Positions 32,737 through 42,345 of a stretch of DNA of 48,081 bases are shown here, one piece after another. The notes below the pieces were generated by a model. It saw nothing but the letters and a program-made list of their open reading frames with translations, did no database searches and had not been told where the DNA came from. The position numbers and the translations under genes were made by a program. Source of the stretch: Patescibacteria group bacterium UBA4787 (GTDB lineage Bacteria; Patescibacteriota; Patescibacteriia; UBA2591; UBA4787); NCBI GenBank assembly GCA_002402995.1, contig DHGX01000004.1, forward strand, positions 312,019 to 360,099, given 5' to 3'. Within the stretch, counting starts at the first letter, position 1. Each line of letters starts with the position of its first letter.

Positions 32737-33262
32737 TCCATATGATACGACGTTGAAACTTCTGAAGCACCGCGCCGATCAAAATACCCAAAATTATTCC
32801 CACGGTATCCGACCATAAATCAATAAACGAAGGATCAACATAGACCCCTTCAGCAACATACTCGTGGAAAATATTAACGAACATTCCCAGAATTAAGACC
32901 TTCCACCACGACAGCCCGAATAATAACATCAAAAGAGCGGAAAAAATGAAAAACAGAATAAAATGCGACAAATTCATCCAAAAAGAATTGCCATCGATGG
33001 TCATTAGTTGATAAAAACTTTTAATTTGTATATTGTTCGGCGTCTTTGTCCAAAATAAAGAAAAATGGCTGAGATTATAAGCTATTCTTTGCAATCCATA
33101 TTGTGGCGTATTCTGCCATTGTTCAACTAAAGTGTCAGGATAGTCAAAACCGTAGCCGGTTTTTGAGCGCGCCACCACATCTGTTCGGCTAACAACAAAA
33201 AAATCGCCTAATAATATAAGCAACAAAATTACTAAAAGTATTATGTTTTTGTTTTTGAACAT
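32729..33262 (-). CDS. Hypothetical membrane protein
   Basis: 177 aa with an N-terminal anchor and about 3 C-terminal TM segments. No family is confidently recognised (weakly VanZ-like). Confidence 0.5.
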   Translation of the reverse strand: MFKNKNIILLVILLLILLGDFFVVSRTDVVARSKTGYGFDYPDTLVEQWQNTPQYGLQRIAYNLSHFSLFWTKTPNNIQIKSFYQLMTIDGNSFWMNLSHFILFFIFSALLMLLFGLSWWKVLILGMFVNIFHEYVAEGVYVDPSFIDLWSDTVGIILGILIGAVLQKFQRRIIWNE

Positions 33263-33397
33263 ATTATTAGCTTCTCATTCAAAAGTGCCAAATTAGAAAA
33301 ACGGCCAGAATAATAAGGCCGATAATCCAGATTATTAACATCTTGGAATAAGCTTTTTTGTATAATTGATTCATCATATATAAATTTGATTTTATAT

Positions 33398-34069
33398 TTA
33401 ATCAAAGAGGCGATGGAGAATGAGACGCCAGAGAGTTTTTAATCCCATTAGAAAATTCTGTCCTTTAGAAAGAGAATAATCTGTATAACGGATACGAATA
33501 GGCACCTCAACAAGGCGCAAATTATTTCTTTTTATTTCCGCGATTATTTCCGAAGAAAACTCAAAACCGCTCATGGTAATTTTTATTTTGTAAGCCGCCT
33601 CTTTCGAAAAAGCTTTTAAGCCTGATTGTGAATCAGTAGTCCAAATGCCGAATAATAAATAAGTAAAAACATTGGCGACAAAATTCGCCAATACCCTAAA
33701 CCACGGCATTCCCTTTTTAGAAAGCAAGCGAGAACCGATTGCCACATCCGCCTTATTTTCAAGAATTGGTTTAATTAAAGCCGGCACATCTTCAACAAAA
33801 TGCTGTCCGTCGGCATCAAAAGTAAATATAACATCCGCGCCGCGCCGCAAGGCAAAACCAATTCCGGTTTGCGTGGCGCCGCCCGGTCCGCCCAAATTAA
33901 TAATATGGCGCGCCACTAAAGCGCCTGCTTTTTTAGCTTCATTATAAGTTTGATCGCTTGAACCATCGTCCACCACGATAATTTCTTGCGCATAAGACTT
34001 AAGATCGCCAACGACCTTGGCGATAGTTTTTTTTTCATTATAAGCAGGAATAACGGCGACAACCTTCAT
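33398..34069 (-). CDS. GT2 glycosyltransferase, polyprenyl-phosphate sugar synthase-like (DPM1/GtrB/ArnC type)
   Basis: VIPAYNE....I..V......Y..EIIVVDDGSSD and FDADGQH motifs. Short soluble GT-A, 223 aa. Confidence 0.8.
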   Translation of the reverse strand: MKVVAVIPAYNEKKTIAKVVGDLKSYAQEIIVVDDGSSDQTYNEAKKAGALVARHIINLGGPGGATQTGIGFALRRGADVIFTFDADGQHFVEDVPALIKPILENKADVAIGSRLLSKKGMPWFRVLANFVANVFTYLLFGIWTTDSQSGLKAFSKEAAYKIKITMSGFEFSSEIIAEIKRNNLRLVEVPIRIRYTDYSLSKGQNFLMGLKTLWRLILHRLFD

Positions 34070-34098
34070 AAAAAAACCATTGATTATGAATTATAAAT

Positions 34099-36384
34099 TT
34101 ATGGACTTGTTTTAAGGAATTCTTCTAGTTGATCGGCGTCTGATGGATTGACGGCTCTTAATTCATCAAGGGCCCTAATTTCGTTTTCTTTGTCTCCTAA
34201 TTTATGGTAATAAATAACACATAAACCGAGCGCTTCAATATTTTTAGGATCGTAACCTACTGCTCGACCCGAGAAAGAAACTGCCCTTTGGTAGTCATTA
34301 GAAGCAGCTAAAATCTTGGCAATATAGATTAAACTTGGGGCGTCTTTGCCATAATATGATTGATCTAACTCTTTCAGCCCCTCTTCAATATTGTTTGTAG
34401 CCAAATAAGCTATGCCCAAGTTATGACGAGATTCAATTATAGTAGGATCCAGGGCCACTGCTTGTTTCATCAGATTAAGTCCTTCTTCATACTTGCGTTG
34501 GAATATTTTTGTTTTGCCGAGTTCAAAATAAATTTGTTGGCGCATAGGCGAAAGAGTTAGCGCATGCTCGAATATCTTTTCTGCTTCATTAATATAGCCT
34601 TCTCCATAATAAGAGCCCACATTATAGAGTTGTCCGAGATAAAGCCAATAACGGACATCGAGCGGATGTTCTGTGATATTTTTTTTCACTTCACTGATCG
34701 CGAAATCTAGACTATCTTTAAAAAACTGATTAGTTTTAATACCTCTTTGTTGTTCGCCGACAGTCTTGGCCAATTGGAGACGCGCCTCGGGATTGATAAA
34801 AGATTTTTTCGACAAAGCTTGTTGATATAAAGAAAGCCCCATCCCAAGATCTGTCTTGCTTAAAGAAACAGCCATGGCCGCCAATCGCGAATATTGAAGT
34901 GGTTCGAAATTAAATTTATATACGAAAACGAATAAGAAAATAACACTTAACAAAATAAACATGGGTAAGGGAAAATTAGATGAGTTATTAATCGAATTGG
35001 CTTGTTTCGTTTTATTTTGATTAGCATTATCATTTTCTAAATTCACGCCTTCAGTAGCAAAAAAATAAACTAGGGCAAGAGAAAAATAGAAAACAATCAA
35101 GGGCGCCGGAGTATCAAAAACAGTCAAATTCTGGAGAAAATAAGCAAGAAACATTAAGGCCAAAACTATCAGCGGGATAGAATCTCTAGCGAAAGAATAA
35201 TTATTTTTGTTTTTGATTTTTCGCAATTTCTTAATTAACAAAAGAAAAATTGAACCATAAAATAATAAATAAGCAGCGGTGCCTAAAATTCCGGTTAAAG
35301 ACAGTAGATCAACCAGCTGATTATGAGAATGGTCATACCATGTCATTTCGTTGCCGTATTTGAAAAACTGCGACGGGAAATATTTATTGAATAAAACATT
35401 ATAATTCTCCCATCCCCACCCAACAACTGGTCGTTCTTTAAGCCCTTGCCAAGCTATTTGCCAGGGTATCGTTCGTTCTTGAATATCTTGATCTATGCGA
35501 GCCAATCTAAAAACAACCGTTGGCGCGCGTTTAAGCCAAGGCGCTTCTCTTTGTGTTTGTAAAAATAAAATTCCGCCGATAAAGAAAGCAGCTAAGGCCC
35601 AAAAAACTATTATAAAAAATATTTTTATCTTTCGGGAGCTCAAAGACAAAATAATATAATATAGAAATAAAAATAAACTTATAAAAAGAACGATTGTTAC
35701 GACACGACTAGCAGCTAATAATACAATGATAAAATTAAATATCAGGCAAACGAACACTAAAATATTATTAATATTTATCTTTTTGCCGTCCTCTTTGTTT
35801 TTAAAAAATAATAAACCGGACAAAAAAACATGAAGCATGGCGTAGCTTGCCAAATAAAGCGGGTTCCCCAACGTAGAGCTCATTTGTTGGGCGGTCGCTA
35901 CTTTAAGTAAAAATTTAAAACCCGCGGCTTGTCCTAACCCATACAAACCCACCAAAAAAGACGAAATAAGAGTTGCATAAATCAACTTCTTCCAGTCTTG
36001 AAAATTTTTAAACACGCTGGCCAAAACAATAAACCAAGCCCAAAAGTGCAGAATAGTTAATAAACCAGTCATCCTTTCTTGAGTTGACCAAAAAGATCGA
36101 CTAAAATCAACGCCGAATAAAGAAGTGACAAACAATATCGCCACAAAAATAGTTGAAGAATAAATAAGTGGGTTTTTCCAATTTGGGCGGTATCGTTTAT
36201 CATAAACGGCCAAGAAAATATATGCAGCGAAAATAATTTCTACAAAAATTCTAAAAAAGATAATTTTACTAAAAATATAAGGATATAAAGTTTCGCGATA
36301 AACTAAAATAGGAAGAAGTAAAATTAAGTAACTTCCCCAACGAATAATAAATAAGAAAATCTTTTCTATATTTTTAAACGACAT
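34099..36384 (-). CDS. O-antigen ligase-like (Wzy_C) polytopic membrane protein with C-terminal TPR repeats
   Basis: More than 10 TM segments, with a WYDHSHNQLVDLLSLTGILG loop typical of Wzy_C/WaaL/PglL-type enzymes. The C-terminal about 270 aa are TPR-like (YFELGKT..., AVALDP...). Confidence 0.75.
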   Translation of the reverse strand: MSFKNIEKIFLFIIRWGSYLILLLPILVYRETLYPYIFSKIIFFRIFVEIIFAAYIFLAVYDKRYRPNWKNPLIYSSTIFVAILFVTSLFGVDFSRSFWSTQERMTGLLTILHFWAWFIVLASVFKNFQDWKKLIYATLISSFLVGLYGLGQAAGFKFLLKVATAQQMSSTLGNPLYLASYAMLHVFLSGLLFFKNKEDGKKININNILVFVCLIFNFIIVLLAASRVVTIVLFISLFLFLYYIILSLSSRKIKIFFIIVFWALAAFFIGGILFLQTQREAPWLKRAPTVVFRLARIDQDIQERTIPWQIAWQGLKERPVVGWGWENYNVLFNKYFPSQFFKYGNEMTWYDHSHNQLVDLLSLTGILGTAAYLLFYGSIFLLLIKKLRKIKNKNNYSFARDSIPLIVLALMFLAYFLQNLTVFDTPAPLIVFYFSLALVYFFATEGVNLENDNANQNKTKQANSINNSSNFPLPMFILLSVIFLFVFVYKFNFEPLQYSRLAAMAVSLSKTDLGMGLSLYQQALSKKSFINPEARLQLAKTVGEQQRGIKTNQFFKDSLDFAISEVKKNITEHPLDVRYWLYLGQLYNVGSYYGEGYINEAEKIFEHALTLSPMRQQIYFELGKTKIFQRKYEEGLNLMKQAVALDPTIIESRHNLGIAYLATNNIEEGLKELDQSYYGKDAPSLIYIAKILAASNDYQRAVSFSGRAVGYDPKNIEALGLCVIYYHKLGDKENEIRALDELRAVNPSDADQLEEFLKTSP

Positions 36385-36432
36385 CTATATTAAATTATAA
36401 TTAAAAAATCATAAATTACAAACAGCAAAAAA

Positions 36433-38262
36433 TTATTTCTGGTATTCGGAAACGAGCTCTTTGAAAATATTAATAATTTGTTCGCGATCAACTCGATTAA
36501 CCGCCGACCTTAAATCTTCTAAGGATTTTTTCAGTTCTTCTTCGTTCAAACCACCCAGCTTAGCGATAAATATTTTTTGGTTTTTCGTCGGAATCTCTTC
36601 TTTGAGCATCATTTCTTCAAAGAGTTTCTCGCCCGGACGCATCCCAGTAAAAACAATTGGAATCTCGACGTCCGGTTCATAGCCAGCCAATTTTATCATT
36701 TCTTTAGCTAAATCGATAATTTTAATCGGGACGCCCATATCCAATACAAAAACTTCACCGCCTTTTCCTATCGCTCCTGCCTGCATCACCAAAAGACATG
36801 CTTCGGCGGTAATCATAAAATATCTTTTCATTTCGGGATGAGTAATTTCCACAGGCCCGCCTTTTTTAATTTGTTCCTCAAAAATTCCAACAACATTTCC
36901 TTGTGAATCTAAAACATTGCCGAAACGAACGGCGTAAAATTTTGTTTGTCTTTTTTTGTTAAGATATTGGCACACCAGTTCACTTATGCGTTTACTCACT
37001 CCCATAACCGAAGTTGGATTAATGGCCTTATCTGTTGAAATAGTTACAAATTTATCAACGCCGTGCTTAATTGCCATCTGGCCAAGATTAAGGGTGCCAA
37101 AAACATTATTCTTCGCCGCTTCTTCGGGGTGGATCTCCATAACCGGTACATGTTTATAGGCGGCGGCGTGAAAAATAATTTGCGGCTGGCGATTTCCAAA
37201 AATCCAATCTATTTTAGATTCATCACAAATATCAGCTATAATAAAATGTTTCTTAATGCCAGGGAATAATTTTTCTAAATTTCTCTCTAAATGAAAAATG
37301 CCTGTTTCGTTCTGGTCTATGGCGATCAACGACTCAGGTTTAAATTTTAATATCTGTTCGCATAAATGCGAACCTATGGAACCGGCCGCGCCGGTAACCA
37401 ACACCCTCTTCCTCGCCAAAAAATCATTAATCGCGTCTGTGTCAATTTGCACTTTTTCTCTTCCGAGCAAATCTTCAATTGAAATATCGCGGACATTTGC
37501 CAAAGTGGCTTTTCCGGAAAGAATTTCTCGAGTACTAGGAAGAATCTTAACGTGGCTAAGATTGGCTTCTCGACAAATTTCGAGCGTTTCTTTAATTATT
37601 TGAGGTTCAACTGACGGAAAAGCAATAATCACCTCTTCAATATTTAATTTTTTAACAATTTCGCCCAGATCTTCTCGTGTTCCCAAAACCTGGCAACCAT
37701 GAATAAATGTGTTTTGTTTGTTTTTCCCATCATCTACAAAACCGATCAAATTGTATCCTTTTGTCCGAATAACTGACCGGGCTAATTCTTCGCCTGCTTC
37801 GCCGGCGCCAATAATCAATATGCGGCGTCCGGATTTATCTAAATTTTGAATAGTCTCTACCAACAATCTTTTGCCGATGCGCAAAATACCAATACCCAAT
37901 AAATCAATAAAGTAGTTAATTAAAACAACCGAGCGGGGAAATCCCGAGAATGGAGAAATGTCTCGAAAAATAAAAAGAGCGGCAGCCACTAAGATATTGG
38001 CGAAAGTTACCGATTTAATAATCTGATAAAAATCATTTAAGCCCACAAAACGCCAGGTAAAATGATAAAGCTTCTGCCAATAGAATATCGGCAGGCTAAA
38101 AAACAAAGATAAGATAATCAGACTATAAAGGCTGCGCAGATATTCGTCGGGAATTTTATCGTCAAAACGGATCAGAAAAGAGAACCAAGCGGCCAAAAAA
38201 ATAATAATCGCATCAAGAATGAGAAAAAATGGTTTTTTATAACGACGCAAAAAATTAATCAT
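36433..38262 (-). CDS. Membrane-bound UDP-sugar 4,6-dehydratase (CapD/PglF/WbpM family)
   Basis: 4 N-terminal TM segments, then two Rossmann modules: IIGAGEAGE and VLVTGAAGSIGSHL, with HAAAYKHVP. Confidence 0.85.
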   Translation of the reverse strand: MINFLRRYKKPFFLILDAIIIFLAAWFSFLIRFDDKIPDEYLRSLYSLIILSLFFSLPIFYWQKLYHFTWRFVGLNDFYQIIKSVTFANILVAAALFIFRDISPFSGFPRSVVLINYFIDLLGIGILRIGKRLLVETIQNLDKSGRRILIIGAGEAGEELARSVIRTKGYNLIGFVDDGKNKQNTFIHGCQVLGTREDLGEIVKKLNIEEVIIAFPSVEPQIIKETLEICREANLSHVKILPSTREILSGKATLANVRDISIEDLLGREKVQIDTDAINDFLARKRVLVTGAAGSIGSHLCEQILKFKPESLIAIDQNETGIFHLERNLEKLFPGIKKHFIIADICDESKIDWIFGNRQPQIIFHAAAYKHVPVMEIHPEEAAKNNVFGTLNLGQMAIKHGVDKFVTISTDKAINPTSVMGVSKRISELVCQYLNKKRQTKFYAVRFGNVLDSQGNVVGIFEEQIKKGGPVEITHPEMKRYFMITAEACLLVMQAGAIGKGGEVFVLDMGVPIKIIDLAKEMIKLAGYEPDVEIPIVFTGMRPGEKLFEEMMLKEEIPTKNQKIFIAKLGGLNEEELKKSLEDLRSAVNRVDREQIINIFKELVSEYQK

Positions 38263-39420
38263 TTATTTTATAGATAAAAAATTCTTTAAACTTTTGACAA
38301 TATATTTAATATCTTTCTCGGTCAACTCGTTGTAAAACGGGAGAGCAATGGTACGATCGGAAATATTTTCGGCAACAGGGAAATCGCCTCGCTTATAATT
38401 AAACAATTCTCGATATAGCGGCTGCAGATGAATGCATTGGAAATAATTACTGCATTGAATGCCGCTACCTTTTAATTTCTTCATAATCTGATCTCGATCG
38501 CTCCGCGAATATTTTTCGCTTAACTGGATGACATAAACGAACCAGCTAATTTTAGCATTTGGCGCGCAATAAGGAATTTTTATCTCTGGCATATCGGATA
38601 AATAACGATTATAAAGTTCCGCCACTTTTTGCCTTTTCCGCAATATTTCGTTGATTCTTGATAATTGAGCAATGCCCAAGGCGGCGTTAATATCGCTCAT
38701 GCGATAATTATAACCCAAACGGACATGTTCAAGCCAGGCTCCATTTTTAACTTTCCTGCCTTGATTGGCCATACTACGACACAAGTCTGCTATTTCACTA
38801 TTATTAGTAACAATCATGCCTCCCTCGCCCGTGGTCATTTGTTTGTTAGGATAAAAAGCAAAAACCGCTGCATCCCCAAAATTTCCGCACTTAACCCATT
38901 TTTCGCTTTTCGCTTTTCGCTTTTCGCTTATTTTATACTCTGCGCCAAGCGCCTCGCAACTATCTTCAATAACTTTGAGCTTGTATTTTTTGGCAATAGT
39001 CAAAATCTTTTTCCATTCGGCCGGATGGCCAAAAATATCAACTCCTAAGATGGCTTTGGTTTTTTTGGTAATTACTTTTTCGATTTTATTGGGATCAAGA
39101 TTCAAAGTCTTAAAATTGATGTCGATAAAAACCGGTTTAGCTTTTTCGAATAGAGCACAATTAGCAGAAGCAATAAAACTAAAAGGGCTTGTGATTACTT
39201 CATCGCCTTCCTTGATGCCCATAGCGCGAATCACTAAATGCAGACCGCTCGTGCCGGAATTAACCGCAATCGCGTATTTTGTTCCGATAAATTTGGCAAA
39301 TTTGTCTTCAAATTCTTTTAATTTTGGGCCTAAAGCCAAAAAAGGAGTATTTAAAACTCTTAAAATAGCTGATTTTTCTTTGTTGGTAATATCTGGTCGA
39401 GATAAAGAAATCTTGTTCAT
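38263..39420 (-). CDS. DegT/DnrJ/EryC1/StrS family sugar aminotransferase (PglE-like)
   Basis: AVNSGTSGLHL, SPFSFIASAN and FAFYPNKQMTTGEGG (PLP-Lys region). Contains the heptanucleotide repeat insertion. Confidence 0.85.
   Translation of the reverse strand: MNKISLSRPDITNKEKSAILRVLNTPFLALGPKLKEFEDKFAKFIGTKYAIAVNSGTSGLHLVIRAMGIKEGDEVITSPFSFIASANCALFEKAKPVFIDINFKTLNLDPNKIEKVITKKTKAILGVDIFGHPAEWKKILTIAKKYKLKVIEDSCEALGAEYKISEKRKAKSEKWVKCGNFGDAAVFAFYPNKQMTTGEGGMIVTNNSEIADLCRSMANQGRKVKNGAWLEHVRLGYNYRMSDINAALGIAQLSRINEILRKRQKVAELYNRYLSDMPEIKIPYCAPNAKISWFVYVIQLSEKYSRSDRDQIMKKLKGSGIQCSNYFQCIHLQPLYRELFNYKRGDFPVAENISDRTIALPFYNELTEKDIKYIVKSLKNFLSIK
38900..38927. repeat. Perfect tandem heptanucleotide repeat (TTTTCGC)x4 inside the aminotransferase CDS
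   Basis: Four exact 7-nt units at 38900-38906, 38907-38913, 38914-38920 and 38921-38927. The coding strand reads (GCGAAAA)4 and encodes SEKRKAKSEK. Confidence 0.95.
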
Positions 39421-39430
39421 TAAAATAAAT

Positions 39431-40048
39431 TTATTGCTTGCCGAATAATCTAAAAAAAACTTTTATAAATATCTTAAAATCGTTAATGAAAGATTGCCCT
39501 TCGATATACTTTAAATCTATGGCGATTTTGGCTGGCATAATTTTCCCAATATACTGCTGTTCGGCAGTCCCTTGATTGTCAAACAAATCTTGATCATTCA
39601 AATATGTTATAGTCGATAAACAGAAAAGCCCGGGCTTTACTTTAAAAATATTTTTTTGCTCTTCACTGTAAAATTTAACGTAGTCAGGCACCTCTGGTCT
39701 TGGGCCGACAAAAGTTAAGTCTCCGATTAAAATATTCCATAATTGAGGAATTTCGTCTAATCTATATTTCCGCAAAAAACAACCCAGCCTGGTTACCCTT
39801 GTATCATTTTTTTCGTTAACTAATTTGCCCAGCGAAGAGGCATTTTCAACCATCGATCGAAGCTTGTATAGCCGGAATGTCTTTCCATCTATTCCTGCTC
39901 GCTCTTGTTTAAAAAAAACTGGTCCGCGAGAATCTATTTTTATCAAAATGACGATAACCAAAATTACGGGCGACAGAATAATCAACCCCAAAAAAGAGAA
40001 TATAATATCGAAAAATCTCTTGAAAATATGATAAAATTTCGCGACCAT
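39431..40048 (-). CDS. Small monotopic phosphoglycosyl transferase (bacterial sugar transferase, PglC/WbaP C-terminal type)
   Basis: 205 aa with an N-terminal re-entrant helix, then FKQERAG..GK.F.LYKLRSM and RLDEIPQLWNIL.GDL.FVGPRP. Confidence 0.85.
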   Translation of the reverse strand: MVAKFYHIFKRFFDIIFSFLGLIILSPVILVIVILIKIDSRGPVFFKQERAGIDGKTFRLYKLRSMVENASSLGKLVNEKNDTRVTRLGCFLRKYRLDEIPQLWNILIGDLTFVGPRPEVPDYVKFYSEEQKNIFKVKPGLFCLSTITYLNDQDLFDNQGTAEQQYIGKIMPAKIAIDLKYIEGQSFINDFKIFIKVFFRLFGKQ

Positions 40049-40078
40049 CTTGTCATTTTAGAGAAAAGACGGACAATG

Positions 40079-41302
40079 TCAAGAAATATTCTTTTGCCGA
40101 TAGGTGATAATATCTTTATATTTTTTAACCAATCTTTTTTGTTCGGCAACCAGTTCGACGTTGGTTAAATATTTACCCTCAACCAAATTATTGCCGTATT
40201 CATCAACTAATGACCAATCTGCGTTTTTATGTCGCACAGGATCGTAAAAACTCGTGCCAGGATAAGGCGCCAAGATAGTGAAGCCGACCATATCGGGTTC
40301 TATTTTGTCAATCAAATCTTCGGTCATTTTAATATCATTTTTAGTCTCGTTCGGCATACCAAGCAATATATAGGCGCGACGGAAAAAACCCATTTCTTTG
40401 GTGATGGCAAAAAACCATTTTACTTGTTCTATGTCAATGCCCTTATTCATTTCTTCCAAAATTTTTGGCGAGCCGCTTTCTACGCCAGCCCACAGTTCTT
40501 TACATCCGGCTTTCTTCAGCCATTCTAATATTTCTCGGTCAGCCGTGTTAACTCTAATATTGCACCCGAACGGAGCATTGAGATTTCTTTTAATCTTTTC
40601 TTGGCAGAAATTTATTAACCAGTCTTTCTGAAGTCCAAAAGTATCGTCAGAAAATTTGATAAAATCAATATTCAAATCTTTCACGACTTGCGTAAACTCA
40701 TCTAAAACATTATTAACGCTTCTGAATCTTACCCTTCTTGTCCACACGCAGTGACTGGCGCAAAAAGCGCAATTAAATGGACAACCGCGACTGCTGAAAA
40801 TACTGGCTATTCTTAAATTGTTATCACGATAAGCTTGCTGGATGTTTCTCTCTTGTTTGATAAGCAAGCGATCAGGAAAAGGTAATTCGTCCAAGTCTTG
40901 GATATAAGGAGATTGAACAATGCGGCTTCTATCGCCTTGAACTATTTTTAACATCGCCGATTCTCCTTCGCCAACCACAACCGCATCTACGCATTTGTTG
41001 TCTAGGGTGTCTTGGGGCAGAACCGAAGGATGTACACCGCCAAAAACAATCCAATTTTTGGAATTTTTAATTTTTTCGGCTAATTGCAAGGCGTGTTTCA
41101 TCTGCGGAGAAGTACAAGAAAAACCAACAATGTCAGCGTCTTTGCATTCCTCAATAATCATTTCATCCAAATCAAAAAATCCACTAAAAAAATGTGTATC
41201 AGAGTAACCTTGTTCTTTCAAATAAGCGGCCATATAGCCGATATTTAACGCCTCCCACGTATTGCCAAAAATAGTTTTTGGTTGAATAAAAACAATTTTC
41301 AT
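40079..41302 (-). CDS. B12-binding domain radical SAM enzyme
   Basis: N-terminal cobalamin-binding-like Rossmann region, then SSRGCPFNCAFCAS (CxxxCxxC). Ends in a TGA stop. Its start overlaps the upstream GT2 stop by 4 nt. Confidence 0.8.
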   Translation of the reverse strand: MKIVFIQPKTIFGNTWEALNIGYMAAYLKEQGYSDTHFFSGFFDLDEMIIEECKDADIVGFSCTSPQMKHALQLAEKIKNSKNWIVFGGVHPSVLPQDTLDNKCVDAVVVGEGESAMLKIVQGDRSRIVQSPYIQDLDELPFPDRLLIKQERNIQQAYRDNNLRIASIFSSRGCPFNCAFCASHCVWTRRVRFRSVNNVLDEFTQVVKDLNIDFIKFSDDTFGLQKDWLINFCQEKIKRNLNAPFGCNIRVNTADREILEWLKKAGCKELWAGVESGSPKILEEMNKGIDIEQVKWFFAITKEMGFFRRAYILLGMPNETKNDIKMTEDLIDKIEPDMVGFTILAPYPGTSFYDPVRHKNADWSLVDEYGNNLVEGKYLTNVELVAEQKRLVKKYKDIITYRQKNIS

Positions 41303-42327
41303 ATTTCTTTTTTCCTTTTAAACGCCAGCTTTAATAAAAACATTAACGATCCAAGCCCATAAATAAAATGATAAATGAAAAATAATAAAGGCAAAAGAGG
41401 AATATAATATAATTCTCCCCTCTTCTGCTTAATCACGAGGATGCTGCCTAGACAAGCAAGAATAACATAAAGAATCAAAATAAAAATCAAAATACTTTTT
41501 AAGAATGGTATCCAGATAATTAAAATGGCCGACAATAAAATTCCCGTAGTAAAAAAGAATGGGATGAAGTGACGCCAAGATAAACACGCCTTCTTTTCTA
41601 AAAATAATGTTTTGACGTTCCACCAGCCGTTGTTAAAAGCTTGTTTCAATAATTTTTTAAGGGTGCCCGGCGCCTGATAATAAACTTTAATATCTGGAGT
41701 CATAAATATCTTGCCCCCGGCTTTTCTGACGCGATAATTAAAGTCATTATCTTCGCTTCGAGTAAGATTTTCATCAAAAAATCCGATTTTACTAAAAATT
41801 TCCTTCCGATATGCCCCGAACGCAATCGTGTCAACATAACCGGCCTTTTTTGACGTTCTGAACTTAGAGCCGCCCACGCCAAAAGCAGAAGATAAAACTA
41901 AAGCAATCACTTTTCCAATGAATCCTTTACCAACGGTTTCAATCGGACCGCCCACGCAAACTGCATCTATTTTAGAAAGATATTCCAAACTTTTAAGAAT
42001 AAAATCTGGAGCAATATAGCTATGAGCGTCGAGTCTAATGATTATATCCCCTTGAGCTGATTTAATGCCAATGTTAAGAGCGGTTGGCTGAATAATTTTT
42101 GGATTATCCAATAGCTTGATAAAGGAATATTTATTTATATAATCCTTAATAATCTCCCTGGTTTTATCTCTACTAAAACCATCAATCACCAAAATTTCAA
42201 TCTTATCTTTTGGATAATTATTGGCGATGATCGAATCCAAGCATCTGCTGATATATTTCTCTTCGTTAAAACAAGGTACAATAAGAGAAATAAGTGGCAA
42301 GGAATAAAGATATTGATTATTTTCCAT
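41299..42327 (-). CDS. GT2 glycosyltransferase with C-terminal transmembrane region
   Basis: SLIVPCFNE, VIDGFSRD and RLDAHS motifs, followed by about 3 TM segments. Confidence 0.8.
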   Translation of the reverse strand: MENNQYLYSLPLISLIVPCFNEEKYISRCLDSIIANNYPKDKIEILVIDGFSRDKTREIIKDYINKYSFIKLLDNPKIIQPTALNIGIKSAQGDIIIRLDAHSYIAPDFILKSLEYLSKIDAVCVGGPIETVGKGFIGKVIALVLSSAFGVGGSKFRTSKKAGYVDTIAFGAYRKEIFSKIGFFDENLTRSEDNDFNYRVRKAGGKIFMTPDIKVYYQAPGTLKKLLKQAFNNGWWNVKTLFLEKKACLSWRHFIPFFFTTGILLSAILIIWIPFLKSILIFILILYVILACLGSILVIKQKRGELYYIPLLPLLFFIYHFIYGLGSLMFLLKLAFKRKKEI

Positions 42328-42345
42328 ATGTAAAAATTTTGATAA

